From: an uncultured cyanobacterium
Lineage (GTDB): Bacteria > Cyanobacteriota > Cyanobacteriia > PCC-9006 > JAAUQQ01
Length of the DNA: 64,000 nucleotides
Direction of reading: 5' to 3'
Assembly (NCBI GenBank): GCA_963718615.1
Contig: OY970368.1
Coordinates: forward strand, 1,344,001 to 1,408,000
The translations under genes were made by a program, and so were the position numbers. The notes below the pieces were generated by a model, which ran no database searches, was not told the origin of the DNA, and worked only from the letters and a program-made list of their open reading frames with translations. This document shows, piece after piece, positions 30,861 through 40,717 of the stretch. Every line of letters begins with the position of its first letter. Position 1 is the stretch's first letter.

Positions 30861-31439
30861 CTATGCTGAGCGTCCTGCGCTCAAAACTTGGGTTGCCGTT
30901 AGGGTCAGGGCTGGAAACAGCGGAGAAGCGATCGCCCCCTCTCCCTCATAAACTTGCTCCTCGTAGAGACCTTCCACCCATTCCAGGACCGTAATTTTCT
31001 GGGCGATCGGATCGACAATCCAGTATTCGGGAATATGTCGCCCCGCATATTCTGTCCGCTTATAGCGATAGTCGCGGTTTTCCTGCTGGGGACTGACCAC
31101 CTCAACGACCAATAAAGGGGGCGGCATCTCGTGGGTGATCAATCGTTGTTTCGCCCCTTCTAGCGCCAGGGCTGTCTCTTCCGAAAGGACAGTGAGATCC
31201 GGTTGTCTGGCATTGACCCGTCTACCGCTAACCGCAATCTGCGCCTTCATACTTAACCGATCAAAAGGAACGCCGAATTGCAAAAAACAGGCATACAAGA
31301 ACGAGGCAATGCGATCGTTTAGGTCACTTTCAGTAGGCATTGGAATTAACTGTCCATCCACAAGCTCATAGCGCGTATCAGTCCCATCCTCATAGCTGAG
31401 GTACTCTTCCAGGGTCATGGGTTGCGTCGCGATCGTCAT
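30861..31439 (-). CDS. Uma2 (DUF820) family protein
   Basis: MTLEEYL..RYELVDG, RQPDLTVL, LVVEVVSP, IPEYWIVDP. Confidence 0.92.
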   Translation of the reverse strand: MTIATQPMTLEEYLSYEDGTDTRYELVDGQLIPMPTESDLNDRIASFLYACFLQFGVPFDRLSMKAQIAVSGRRVNARQPDLTVLSEETALALEGAKQRLITHEMPPPLLVVEVVSPQQENRDYRYKRTEYAGRHIPEYWIVDPIAQKITVLEWVEGLYEEQVYEGEGAIASPLFPALTLTATQVLSAGRSA

Positions 31440-31504
31440 GGCAGGTTCTTCCTCGCAGTCCCTCCGCAATGGGTTTATCCTAGCGTTTCCTTGAGCATCC
31501 AGCC

Positions 31505-32830
31505 CTAGAGCACCCGCAAAATACTGGCAATTTCTTCAATGCTGTCTTGCTGTTCCAACTCCGCGATCGCCCCGCGAAACTTCCCTTCTGCTACATCATG
31601 GGTAACCACTGCGATTTCTGCTCGATCATTCTGGCGATTGGTTTGCACAACGGATTCCAAACTCACGCCGTGGTTGCCGAAGCAAGTACCCACATAGCCA
31701 ATCACACCCGGCTGATCTTGGGTCAGGAGCCGGACGTAGAACCGGGTTACCGTGGCTTCGATGGGGGCGATCGCACAATCATGCTGATGGGTGCAGGCCA
31801 AGAGTGGATCGAGCAAGGGCTTGCCTTCGGCGGTTTTGGCATTTCCCCGTTCGACTTGCAGCAAGGCCGCAATATTGAGCATATCGGCCACTACGGCGCT
31901 AGCAGTTGGCCCCGCACCTGCCCCTCGACCAAAGAACATGACCTGTCCCACCGGATCGCCTTCGACCAAAATGGCGTTATAAACATCATTCACACTCGCT
32001 AAGGGATGATCCTTGGGAACCAGTGTCGGATGAACCCGCAACTCTAGTTGCTCGGGCTCGTTCTCCTGTTGGGGTTGACGTTTCGCCATGGCTAGGAGCT
32101 TAATCACAAACCCCAGGTTATCGGCGTAGGCAATATCCGTCGCGGCGATGTTGCGAATGCCTTCGCTATAAACAGCTTTGCGATCCACCCGACCGCCATA
32201 GGCCAAGGAGGCCAAAATCGTAATCTTATCCGCTGCATCCCAGCCATCCACATCTGCTGTGGGGTCCGCTTCGGCGTAGCCTAGGCGCTGGGCATCCGCC
32301 AGAATATCCTCAAAGGCTCCTCCCTCGTTTTTCATGCGGGTGAGGATATAGTTGGTTGTGCCGTTGATAATTCCGGTAATGGCATGGATGCGGTTCGAGC
32401 AGAGGGATTGTTTGAGGGGTTCAATCACCGGAATGCCGCCCCCCACTGCCGCTTCCAGCAGGACATAAACCCCTGCCTCCGCCGCTGCGGCAAAAATCTC
32501 GTCGCTGTAGAGGGCGATCGCCGCTTTATTCGCTGTTACCACATGTTTGCCATGGGCGATCGCCTGGAGGATGAGCGAGCGAGCGGGTTCCAACCCCCCC
32601 ATAACTTCCACCACAATGTCAATGGCTGGATCCGTGACAATGGCCTCTAGGTCTGTGGTGAACAGATCTGCCGACAGCCCCACCTGACGGGGTTTATCGA
32701 GGGACCGCACCCCCACCCGCGCAATCTCTAGGTCCTTGACCAGGGGATGACGCTGGGCTGGATCGAGCAGGATTTGGGCGGTGCCCGTGCCGACTGTTCC
32801 TAAACCGAGGAGACCAACCTTAAACGTCAC
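31505..32830 (-). CDS. hom: Homoserine dehydrogenase with C-terminal ACT domain
   Basis: GLLGLGTVG, VVTANKA, EAAVGGGIP, GIINGTTNYIL, GYAEADP, GAGAGPTASAV. Confidence 0.96.
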   Translation of the reverse strand: MTFKVGLLGLGTVGTGTAQILLDPAQRHPLVKDLEIARVGVRSLDKPRQVGLSADLFTTDLEAIVTDPAIDIVVEVMGGLEPARSLILQAIAHGKHVVTANKAAIALYSDEIFAAAAEAGVYVLLEAAVGGGIPVIEPLKQSLCSNRIHAITGIINGTTNYILTRMKNEGGAFEDILADAQRLGYAEADPTADVDGWDAADKITILASLAYGGRVDRKAVYSEGIRNIAATDIAYADNLGFVIKLLAMAKRQPQQENEPEQLELRVHPTLVPKDHPLASVNDVYNAILVEGDPVGQVMFFGRGAGAGPTASAVVADMLNIAALLQVERGNAKTAEGKPLLDPLLACTHQHDCAIAPIEATVTRFYVRLLTQDQPGVIGYVGTCFGNHGVSLESVVQTNRQNDRAEIAVVTHDVAEGKFRGAIAELEQQDSIEEIASILRVL

Positions 32831-32911
32831 GACTTCTAGCTCATCAATGAAATGGACTCACCTATTGTACGAGGCTGGGTTGTCAGCTTCCATCCCAGAT
32901 TTTGCTCCCTG

Positions 32912-32950
32912 GAGCTCGGTACAAGAGCTCAGTACAAGAGCTCGGTACAA
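32912..32950 (+). repeat. 13-bp tandem repeat x3 (GAGCTCRGTACAA)
   Basis: gagctcggtacaa gagctcagtacaa gagctcggtacaa, between divergent hom and helicase genes. Confidence 0.9.
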
Positions 32951-32993
32951 TAGGGCAGACCGCCATCGCCTCGTCCGGACTCAGGGACTTCCT

Positions 32994-34598
32994 ATGCCTC
33001 GCCAGCCCACGCTCAGCTTTGATCGCGGCACGCTGATTTTGCATCCGCCCCCGCGCGGCAAAGTTTGGGTGGATTTTGTCGAATGGGACGATCGCATCGA
33101 GAAATTCCGCGTTCCCGCCATCCGCTACCGCGAACTCGTGGAAAAACTGCGCCACGCTAACACCCCCTTCGAAGACAAAGCCTGCCAGTTTGAAACCCTA
33201 GAATTAGACGCCCAAATCTCGATTCAGCCCTTTCCCCACCAAGCCGAAGCCCTGGCCGCCTGGAAAAAATCTGAGCGCTGTGGTGTTGTTGTTCTACCCA
33301 CTGGGTCTGGAAAATCTTATCTGGCACAGTTGGCGATCGCCTCCACCCCCCGCTCTACCCTGGTGGTGGTCCCCACCTTGGACCTAATGCATCAGTGGTA
33401 TGCCCAACTCGAAGCTTCGTTTCCTGGTGTGCAAGTGGGATTGCTGGGGGGCGGATCGCGCGATCGCACTCCCATCCTCGTCGCCACCTACGACAGTGCC
33501 GCCATCAACGCCGAAACCCTCGGCAGTCAGTATGCGCTGATTATCTTCGACGAATGTCATCATTTGCCTAGCGATTTTAACCGGGTCATTGCCGAATATA
33601 GTATTGCCCCTTATCGCTTGGGTCTGACCGCTACCCCCGAACGCAGCGACGGTCGCCACGAAGATCTAGGCACCCTCGTGGGCCCAGAGGTCTACCGGCG
33701 CACTGCCGAGGAGCTATCGGGCGAAACTTTGGCGGACTATGAAGTGCGGCAAATTAAGGTGAAACTGACGGAGGCCGAACGGGAGCGCTATAGCCAACTG
33801 ATCGAACAACGCAATGCTTTTTTGAAAAGTGCCAAAATTTCCTTTGGCAGTATTAATGGCTGGCAACGGTTTATTCAGGTGAGCGCCCGGTCTGAGGAAG
33901 GCCGAAAAGCCATGCGGGCCCACCATGAGGCGAAGGCGATCGCCCTCGGCAATGAAGGCAAAATTCAGATCCTGACCGATTTGTTGGCGGACCATCATCC
34001 CGAAAAAACCCTGATTTTCACCAATGATAATGCCACCGTCTATCGCATTTCTCTCGATTTTTTGATCCCTGCTATTACACACAAAACCCCTGTTAAAGAA
34101 CGCCATGAAATCTTGCAAAAATTCAAAGCGGGGGACTATAGAACTTTAGTGGTTGCCAATGTGTTGGATGAAGGGGTGGATGTACCCGATGCGAGTATTG
34201 CGATTTTCCTAGCGGGTACGGGCTCAACGCGACAATTTATTCAACGCCTAGGGCGGATTCTGCGGCGGGGGGCAAAGCCCGGAAAACGGGCGATTCTTTA
34301 CGAAGTGATTGCCGAGGATACAGTTGAAGAGCGGGTCTCTCAACGACGGCGCAAGACGCAAAACCACAAGCCCGAGAAGCGTGGTCAGTTGGAGCTCTTA
34401 CCGGGGGGTGGATTAACGCCCAAGGATTCTCCTGAAGAGGCTCAACCGACCCAACCTGTCATTGACAAACCCAAACCTGTTTCTCCCTATGAGCTTTATC
34501 CGTTGGCAGCGCCGAAGGCGGCGGAAGGGGGCGATCGCTACTCCTCCCAGCGTGACGAAGCAGAGGAAGCAGAGGAAGATAATGATACAGATTGGTAG
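32994..34598 (+). CDS. SF2 DEAD/DEAH-box helicase (XPB/Rad25-like)
   Basis: LPTGSGKS, DECHHL, GLTATPER, DEGVDVP, QRLGRILR. Likely start ATG 32994. Confidence 0.9.
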   Translation: MPRQPTLSFDRGTLILHPPPRGKVWVDFVEWDDRIEKFRVPAIRYRELVEKLRHANTPFEDKACQFETLELDAQISIQPFPHQAEALAAWKKSERCGVVVLPTGSGKSYLAQLAIASTPRSTLVVVPTLDLMHQWYAQLEASFPGVQVGLLGGGSRDRTPILVATYDSAAINAETLGSQYALIIFDECHHLPSDFNRVIAEYSIAPYRLGLTATPERSDGRHEDLGTLVGPEVYRRTAEELSGETLADYEVRQIKVKLTEAERERYSQLIEQRNAFLKSAKISFGSINGWQRFIQVSARSEEGRKAMRAHHEAKAIALGNEGKIQILTDLLADHHPEKTLIFTNDNATVYRISLDFLIPAITHKTPVKERHEILQKFKAGDYRTLVVANVLDEGVDVPDASIAIFLAGTGSTRQFIQRLGRILRRGAKPGKRAILYEVIAEDTVEERVSQRRRKTQNHKPEKRGQLELLPGGGLTPKDSPEEAQPTQPVIDKPKPVSPYELYPLAAPKAAEGGDRYSSQRDEAEEAEEDNDTDW

Positions 34599-34668
34599 TG
34601 GTTCAATGCAAGGTTATACGAAAGGTCTATCTCCAATTATCGAAGCCCACGAACAGCCCCGCGCCCAC

Positions 34669-34703
34669 AAAAAAGCCCCGCCTCCGCAGAGACCGGGCCT
34701 TTT
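34669..34703 (-). terminator. Rho-independent terminator of the 6S RNA
   Basis: Minus strand AAAAGGCCCGGTCTCTGCGGAGGCGGGGCTTTTTT. Confidence 0.7.
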
Positions 34704-34712
34704 CAAAATAAG

Positions 34713-34893
34713 ATTCACCGCAACGCCGTCTTACCTCAGTTTGTGACCTGGAAACTCCAGGGGGGGGCCGGTTAAAACTGATTTAAAGTTTCCGGGTACA
34801 AGCCCGGCCTACTGCCACCAGCAAGTTAGCTCCCAACTAAATCAAGACATAGATCAAAAAACATTGTTGGCAGTCACCAACGCCGCCGTGAAC
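34713..34893 (-). ncRNA. ssrS: 6S RNA (SsrS/SsaA)
   Basis: Complementary ends (GTTCACGGCGGCGTTG...CGGCGTTGCGGTGAAT), internal ACAAACTGAGGTAAGAC, TAGAAT -10 just upstream, terminator downstream. Position after purK is typical for cyanobacteria. Confidence 0.9.
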
Positions 34894-35012
34894 TTGTTCA
34901 TTCTAGCCACTGGTTTTGCCCCTGACCAGATGGGGATTTCCACATTGACAGGTGTCACAGCGCCGCTTGCTGGGAAATTGCTCGTACGCCGTTTGAACCA
35001 TATTGAATCGAC

Positions 35013-36188
35013 TTAGACCAGCGGGGGCCAGAGGCTGTCGATTTGGGCGATCGCCTCATCCGCCAGCCGTTGCCGTTTCTGCGGATCTGCCTCCGTCAAT
35101 GTCACCGTCACATGACCCAATTTACGTCTGGGTCGCGACTGTTTCTTTCCGTACCAATACACATGGGCATTGGGAATCTCCGCCAGTTTCTTCCGCTTTT
35201 CTTCATAGTTATCCGTCGCCGCTTCAAACCCCAGCAGATTGACCATCACGGCTCCCGGCACCGTCATCTCTGCACTCCCCAGGGGAAACCCACAAACCGC
35301 CCGTAGCTGCTGCTCAAACTGAGAGGTTTTACAGGCATCGAGGCTGTAGTGGCCCGAGTTGTGGGTGCGAGGTGCGGTTTCGTTGATCAGGATGCGATCG
35401 CCCTGCTGAAACAGCTCCAGCCCAAACACCCCCACCACCTCTAAGCTCTGAAGCAACGTCTCCGCCATGCGAGTCACCGCCGCTTGCACCCTGGGTGAAA
35501 CCGCTGCCGGGGCAATCACCCAACGACAAACCTGCTGCACCTGCCGGGTTTCAACCACGGGATAGACAACGACTTCACCGCTGGCGCTGCGGGCTGCCAT
35601 GACGGCGAGTTCGCGCTCGAAGGGGATAAATTCTTCGAGCAAAAATGGTTCAAAACCTTCTGCATCGAGAATCTGCTGCAACGCCCCAGCGGTTTTAATC
35701 ACCGTTGTCCCCTGGCCGTCGTAGCCCAGTCGCCGCGCCTTGAGAACGACCGGAAAACCAAAGGGATTTTGCCAATCGCCCCGGTCCGCAGCGGGAACAT
35801 CGCCGAGGGCCAGAAACATCGGTGTCGGTAACCCCGTCCGTTGGAAATAGGCCCGCTGCTCCGCCTTATCCAGCAAAGGCCGCAGGGCCGAGAGACTGGG
35901 CGCAAACCTCACCCCCTGCTGCGCTAGCGCCTCCAACGCCTCTAGATCGACAAATTCATTTTCAAACGTAATCACTTCGCTGTGGGCCGCCAGGGCCTGG
36001 GTCGTCCCCACATCCTGAATTGCGCCGAGAAAGGTTTCCTCGGCGATCGCCCCCGCTGGATCCTCCATGTGGGGCGTTTGCACGCGCAACTCCAGCCCTA
36101 ATTTTGCCGCCCCTGCTGCCATCATCCAGGCCAGTTGTCCCCCGCCAATCACCCCAACCTGTCGATAGCACCCACTGTCCTGAACCAT
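35013..36188 (-). CDS. purK: N5-carboxyaminoimidazole ribonucleotide synthase
   Basis: VGVIGGGQLAWM, ITFENEF, GYDGQG, NETAPRTHNSGH, RKLGHVT. Confidence 0.96.
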   Translation of the reverse strand: MVQDSGCYRQVGVIGGGQLAWMMAAGAAKLGLELRVQTPHMEDPAGAIAEETFLGAIQDVGTTQALAAHSEVITFENEFVDLEALEALAQQGVRFAPSLSALRPLLDKAEQRAYFQRTGLPTPMFLALGDVPAADRGDWQNPFGFPVVLKARRLGYDGQGTTVIKTAGALQQILDAEGFEPFLLEEFIPFERELAVMAARSASGEVVVYPVVETRQVQQVCRWVIAPAAVSPRVQAAVTRMAETLLQSLEVVGVFGLELFQQGDRILINETAPRTHNSGHYSLDACKTSQFEQQLRAVCGFPLGSAEMTVPGAVMVNLLGFEAATDNYEEKRKKLAEIPNAHVYWYGKKQSRPRRKLGHVTVTLTEADPQKRQRLADEAIAQIDSLWPPLV

Positions 36189-36315
36189 GATCCGAACGTC
36201 TCTACCGCTGCACTTTACGAGAAATTCATTCCGCCTCACTGTACAATGGCTCGCCGCCCTTGGGAACTTTAGGTCTAGTCTGTCTTCCCATCGTCGTGCG
36301 CTGCTGGAGGTCTCG

Positions 36316-37851
36316 ATGACAATCCCAGATCGGCTCGATCGAGTCGTTAATGACCTCGAACGAGATCAGAATCTGTCGCGGATTAGAAAGCTGCTTTACT
36401 GCACCTACCATGGCGTGTGGGAAGATGATCTCAGCCGTCTGGGTCGGGTGCCCCTGCGGGAGTTAGTCCAGGGGGTTTGGGAGCGATCGCCCACCCTCGA
36501 TGCCCTACAGTTTCAGCTCAACCGCATCGTCAAAACCCTGAATAAGCCCGTGGAATATGCCCATGTGGCCAATTCAATTTTGCGAGTAATGACGCCCCTC
36601 TACCGGGATGCCTACGACATTACGCGACCCCTCAGTCGTCCCGGCAAAGGTCTGGAGACGGGCGGGCATTTTCCGGCGCTAGAAGCCGAGCCCATGACCG
36701 CCCAGCTTGTGGCTCCACCCCCGGCTCCACCCCCCACCCATGCCACCCCCAACGCGACTCAATGGCTGGGCAGTGAACCGGCTGCCCCCTCGCCGCGACA
36801 GCTTGTAGACACCCAAGTAGCTCACGAGCTATCCCATCACGTCGATAATATTCGCCTCAAAAAGTTGCTGGTTTGTGTCTGCAAGAATTTTTGGGAAAAC
36901 GACCCGGCACGGCTGGTGGCCCTCGATTGGGGGGAGCTCCTGCGCGAAACCCAGCAGCTGATTCCGACGCTGGAAAATTTGGACTATGTCTTGCAGGCGA
37001 TCGTCAAGTCCTTGAGCAAGCCGCTGGAATATTTGCCCATCGCTAGTACGCTCCTAAACTTGCTGCGTCCCCTCTATGAGCAACGCCCTAAGGCTGCGGA
37101 TACTCAGTTTTATGGTTTGGAGAACAGCCCTAAGCCCACCGAAGCAACACAGTTCTATGGCGGGGATGGTAGCGGGAATGGTAGCGAGCATGGGAGAGCA
37201 GCCCCTGCCGTGACCTCTCGTGAGCCTGCTCCAGCCGTTGAGCCGGTGACGGCTGCCTATTGGAATCCTGCGCCTGCGCCTTCGGCTCTAGAGCAACCCA
37301 CCGGGATGCTGACGCCCGAGGCGGTGGATTGGAGCGATCGCGATCGGCCTGAATTGGCCAATGGACGTCCCAGTGACGAGCACGCTTCGCTGGCAGAATT
37401 GCCGAGCCCAGATGGGCAAGATGACTTTAGCCTGCGGTTGGAGATCATGCGCTATGCCAATCCGCTCATGGTCAAAATCGTGGTGTTTTCTGCCCTGCAT
37501 CGGCTATTTCGATTTTCTGAGCAGGACTGGCAGGATTTGCGCCAGTACAGCTTGGTCAGTTTACTGACGGGGTTGCGGCAAAGCTATCCCAACTTCATCG
37601 ATGTGGAAACCAAGCTTTGTCTGACGGCGGAACAGATTGAGCTAAGCGAAAACGCCATGAAAACCGTGGCCGCCATCTTGAAAGTGCTCAAGCCCTACTA
37701 CACCGATAGTGGTGCTGGAGCCCCAGTCCGTCAGTTTGCCTTGACCCAGGCGGTTGCCAGCTCCCTCGAAGATGATTTGGCAGCACTTGCGGCGGTGCTG
37801 GAAGAGGACGAACGTAAACATGAGAATAGCTGTCAGGTTTTTGAGTCATGA
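36316..37851 (+). CDS. Hypothetical protein with three copies of a helical domain and Pro-rich linkers
   Basis: GGAGG RBS. Repeats RIRKLLYCTYHGVWEDD..KPVEY and RLKKLLVCVCKNFWEND..KPLEY, plus a diverged third copy. ATGA overlap with the next gene. Confidence 0.75.
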   Translation: MTIPDRLDRVVNDLERDQNLSRIRKLLYCTYHGVWEDDLSRLGRVPLRELVQGVWERSPTLDALQFQLNRIVKTLNKPVEYAHVANSILRVMTPLYRDAYDITRPLSRPGKGLETGGHFPALEAEPMTAQLVAPPPAPPPTHATPNATQWLGSEPAAPSPRQLVDTQVAHELSHHVDNIRLKKLLVCVCKNFWENDPARLVALDWGELLRETQQLIPTLENLDYVLQAIVKSLSKPLEYLPIASTLLNLLRPLYEQRPKAADTQFYGLENSPKPTEATQFYGGDGSGNGSEHGRAAPAVTSREPAPAVEPVTAAYWNPAPAPSALEQPTGMLTPEAVDWSDRDRPELANGRPSDEHASLAELPSPDGQDDFSLRLEIMRYANPLMVKIVVFSALHRLFRFSEQDWQDLRQYSLVSLLTGLRQSYPNFIDVETKLCLTAEQIELSENAMKTVAAILKVLKPYYTDSGAGAPVRQFALTQAVASSLEDDLAALAAVLEEDERKHENSCQVFES

Positions 37852-38846
37852 ATCCCCAAGAGCTTCTGCGCCGCTATGATGCGGGCGAGACCGATTTCAG
37901 CGGGATCAATCTCACCAGTGTGAATCTGGCCGGGGTAGATCTGGTGGGTGCAATTTTTAAGCGGGCTGATTTTCGCAGCGCCAATTTAATTCTCAGTTTT
38001 CTCAATCGGGTAAATCTGCGCGGGTCCGTGCTAATGGGGGCTAGGCTCTGCGGTGCCAATCTGGCCCAGGCCAATCTCAGCGCAGCGCAGCTCAAGGATG
38101 CGGATCTCCATGGGGCAGTCCTGTCTGGGGCTGATTTGCGGGGCTCGAATTTGACCTTGGCGAATTTGATGGATGCCAATTTGGCCTATGCCGATCTGCG
38201 CAGCGCCAATCTTAGTGGGGCGAATTTGAGCGGGGCCTGTTTGTGGGGCGCAAATTTACGCTACGAAGCGCGGTCCTACGATGGGGCGAATTTGCGCGGG
38301 GCCAATTTGGCAGGGGCGGATTTACGCGGGGCGAATTTTTATGGCGCGGATCTGAGTCGGGCGAATTTGCGCGGGGCGAATTTGAGCGAGGCGAATCTGC
38401 GGGAGGTGGATTTGCAGGAGGCGGATCTGAGTGAGGCGATCGCCATCAACACCGCCCTCGGAGATGCCAATTTGATCAATGCCAATTTGATGGGGGCAAA
38501 GATTGTGCGATCGCGCCTCGAACGGGCGAACTGTACAGGCGCAAATTTCCGGGGGGCAGACCTTTCGGATACGACCCTAGCGGATGCAGTCCTAGACAAA
38601 GCCGATTTACGCAGTTGCCGACTGATCCAGACAAGGCTCAAGGGCGTCACCCTCAGCCATGCCAACCTTACGAAAGCGGATTTAACGCAGGCGACGCTGG
38701 TCTCTGCCTATTTAACCCGGACCAATTTAACCGGAGCGATTTTACGGGATGCCAACCTGGTGAAGGCCGAAATGAGCAGTGCCAATATCATTGGGGCAGA
38801 TTTTTCCGGGGCAACCATGCCAGACGGGTCAACCCATCCGGATTAA
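37848..38846 (+). CDS. Pentapeptide repeat protein
   Basis: MNPQELLRRYDAGETDF start, continuous A(D/N)LxX repeats, ends ATMPDG. Confidence 0.95.
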   Translation: MNPQELLRRYDAGETDFSGINLTSVNLAGVDLVGAIFKRADFRSANLILSFLNRVNLRGSVLMGARLCGANLAQANLSAAQLKDADLHGAVLSGADLRGSNLTLANLMDANLAYADLRSANLSGANLSGACLWGANLRYEARSYDGANLRGANLAGADLRGANFYGADLSRANLRGANLSEANLREVDLQEADLSEAIAINTALGDANLINANLMGAKIVRSRLERANCTGANFRGADLSDTTLADAVLDKADLRSCRLIQTRLKGVTLSHANLTKADLTQATLVSAYLTRTNLTGAILRDANLVKAEMSSANIIGADFSGATMPDGSTHPD

Positions 38847-38945
38847 ACCCTCCAGATCAAATCCCTCAAGCCATTGCGCTAGGCTAGGACTGTGCAAGGA
38901 CGAATGCGATTCGTCCCAATGTAATTTCCTTTCCTCGGTCTGGCT

Positions 38946-39818
38946 ATGAGCACCACCCCTTTTTCAACCCCTTCTTCTACGGCTGCACCACAGGGCGAGT
39001 CTGCTTCGGATTTGAGCAATTTGATCCAGGAGACGTTGGCGCTGACCCGTCGGCTGTTTATTCAGCTCCAGCGTCGCCCCACTACGCTGATTGCGGGGAT
39101 TATTCAGCCGGTGATGTGGCTGGTTCTCTTTGGTGCCCTGTTTCAAAATGCACCCCAGAATTTGTTTGGGGACGAAGTCAGCTATGGCCAGTTTCTTGGA
39201 GCTGGCGTGATTGTCTTTACAGCCTTTAGCGGGGCGCTGAATGCCGGATTGCCGGTGATGTTCGATCGTGAGTTTGGTTTTCTCAACCGCCTCCTAGTAG
39301 CGCCCTTGACCTCTCGCTTTTCCATTGTCCTGGCCTCGGCCCTTTACATCATGGTCCTGACGCTGCTACAAACGGCGGCGATTATGGCGATGAGTGCGGC
39401 CTTGGGTGCGGGCTGGCCTGGTGCGGCGGGGTTGGCGATCGTGGCGATGATTATCGTTCTAATGGTTCTCGCCGTTACAGCCCTCAGTCTAGGGTTGGCC
39501 TTTAGCCTGCCCGGTCACATTGAGCTGATTGCGGCGATTTTTATCACCAATCTACCGCTGTTGTTTGCCAGTACGGCCTTGGCTCCACTGTCATTTATGC
39601 CGGTGTGGCTGCGCTGGATTGCGAGCCTCAACCCGCTGAGTTATGCGATCGAGCCCATCCGCCATGTCTATTTGCATCCTGTCTGGCATTGGAGCGACGT
39701 TGTTCTCGCGGCTCCCTTTGCGAATATCACGATGGGGGGTGCAATTTTGGCACTGGCGGGATTTTGCGTAGCGGCAGTCCTGCTCATTCAACCGGCGCTG
39801 AAGCGAACGCTCATTTAA
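38946..39818 (+). CDS. ABC-2 type transporter permease (Ycf38-like)
   Basis: FDREFGFLNRLLVAP, NPLSYAIEPIR, six TM segments. Confidence 0.88.
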   Translation: MSTTPFSTPSSTAAPQGESASDLSNLIQETLALTRRLFIQLQRRPTTLIAGIIQPVMWLVLFGALFQNAPQNLFGDEVSYGQFLGAGVIVFTAFSGALNAGLPVMFDREFGFLNRLLVAPLTSRFSIVLASALYIMVLTLLQTAAIMAMSAALGAGWPGAAGLAIVAMIIVLMVLAVTALSLGLAFSLPGHIELIAAIFITNLPLLFASTALAPLSFMPVWLRWIASLNPLSYAIEPIRHVYLHPVWHWSDVVLAAPFANITMGGAILALAGFCVAAVLLIQPALKRTLI

Positions 39819-39863
39819 GGACCACAGGCGGATTGTGCTGAAGCCGACGATCGCGTAAATTAA

Positions 39864-39881
39864 AATGTAAAGAAATGTGAG
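39864..39881 (-). promoter_or_regulatory. Possible HLR1-like repeat upstream of the TPM gene
   Basis: Minus strand CTCACATT-TC-TTTACATT; one half-site is imperfect. Confidence 0.35.
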
Positions 39882-39904
39882 TACACGGTCTCATAAAGCT
39901 GCCC

Positions 39905-40708
39905 ATGCTCAATCGCCTCTTCCGACCTATCGCTGCGGGTCTGCTCTGTCTGCTAGCTTCCTTTGTGATTCTGGCCCCTCCAGCCTTTGCCTATGACAAC
40001 CCCGATCTGCTCCCCAACCAGAGCACCCCGATCATTGATCTAGCCCGTGCCCTAACGGATGTTCAAGAGGAGCAGTTGGCGAGCGAACTTGAGACGCTGG
40101 AATCCGATACCGGCTGGAAGTTGCGGGTGTTGACTCAGTTCGATCGCACGCCAGGTCGCGCCGTCCAAGAGTTTTGGAAGCTAGACCAAAAAAGTTTGCT
40201 CTTGGTTGCAGATCCCCGTGGTGGCAATTTGCTCAACTTTAATGTGGGGGGTGATTTTTACGAGATTTTCCCACGCACCTTTTGGATTGAACTGCAAACC
40301 CGCTTCGGCAATCAGTTTTACGTGCGGGATAACGGTGAAGACAGCGCTATCCTCGAATCGATCAAAACCCTGGATGGCTGTCTCCGCCAAGGCGGTTGTA
40401 GCGTCGTGCCAGGACTGCCCCGCGAGCAGTGGATTTTTACGCTGATTACGTCAGTTTTGGGCGGCGTGATTTGTGGGTTTGCGGCCCATCCCCGCAAGCC
40501 GGGTCAGATTATTGCTTGGCAGTGGGCGCTGATTCTATCGCCCCTATGGGGAATTTTGTTTGGGGCGTTTGGGATTGGTCCGGTGGTAACGAGGACTTCA
40601 GACTGGCTGCCGCTATTCCGCAATGTGCTGGGGTTTGCCGTGGGGGCCTTGGCGGCGTACCTAACCTACCAAATCCGAGAGGATAATTCCTCCCGTTCAG
40701 AAACCTAG
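39905..40708 (+). CDS. TPM-domain thylakoid/membrane protein
   Basis: Signal ending PAFA-YDNPDLLP, IIDLA, GWKLRVLTQ, ELQTRFGNQFYV, three C-terminal TM helices. Confidence 0.8.
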   Translation: MLNRLFRPIAAGLLCLLASFVILAPPAFAYDNPDLLPNQSTPIIDLARALTDVQEEQLASELETLESDTGWKLRVLTQFDRTPGRAVQEFWKLDQKSLLLVADPRGGNLLNFNVGGDFYEIFPRTFWIELQTRFGNQFYVRDNGEDSAILESIKTLDGCLRQGGCSVVPGLPREQWIFTLITSVLGGVICGFAAHPRKPGQIIAWQWALILSPLWGILFGAFGIGPVVTRTSDWLPLFRNVLGFAVGALAAYLTYQIREDNSSRSET

Positions 40709-40717
40709 CGATCGCCC

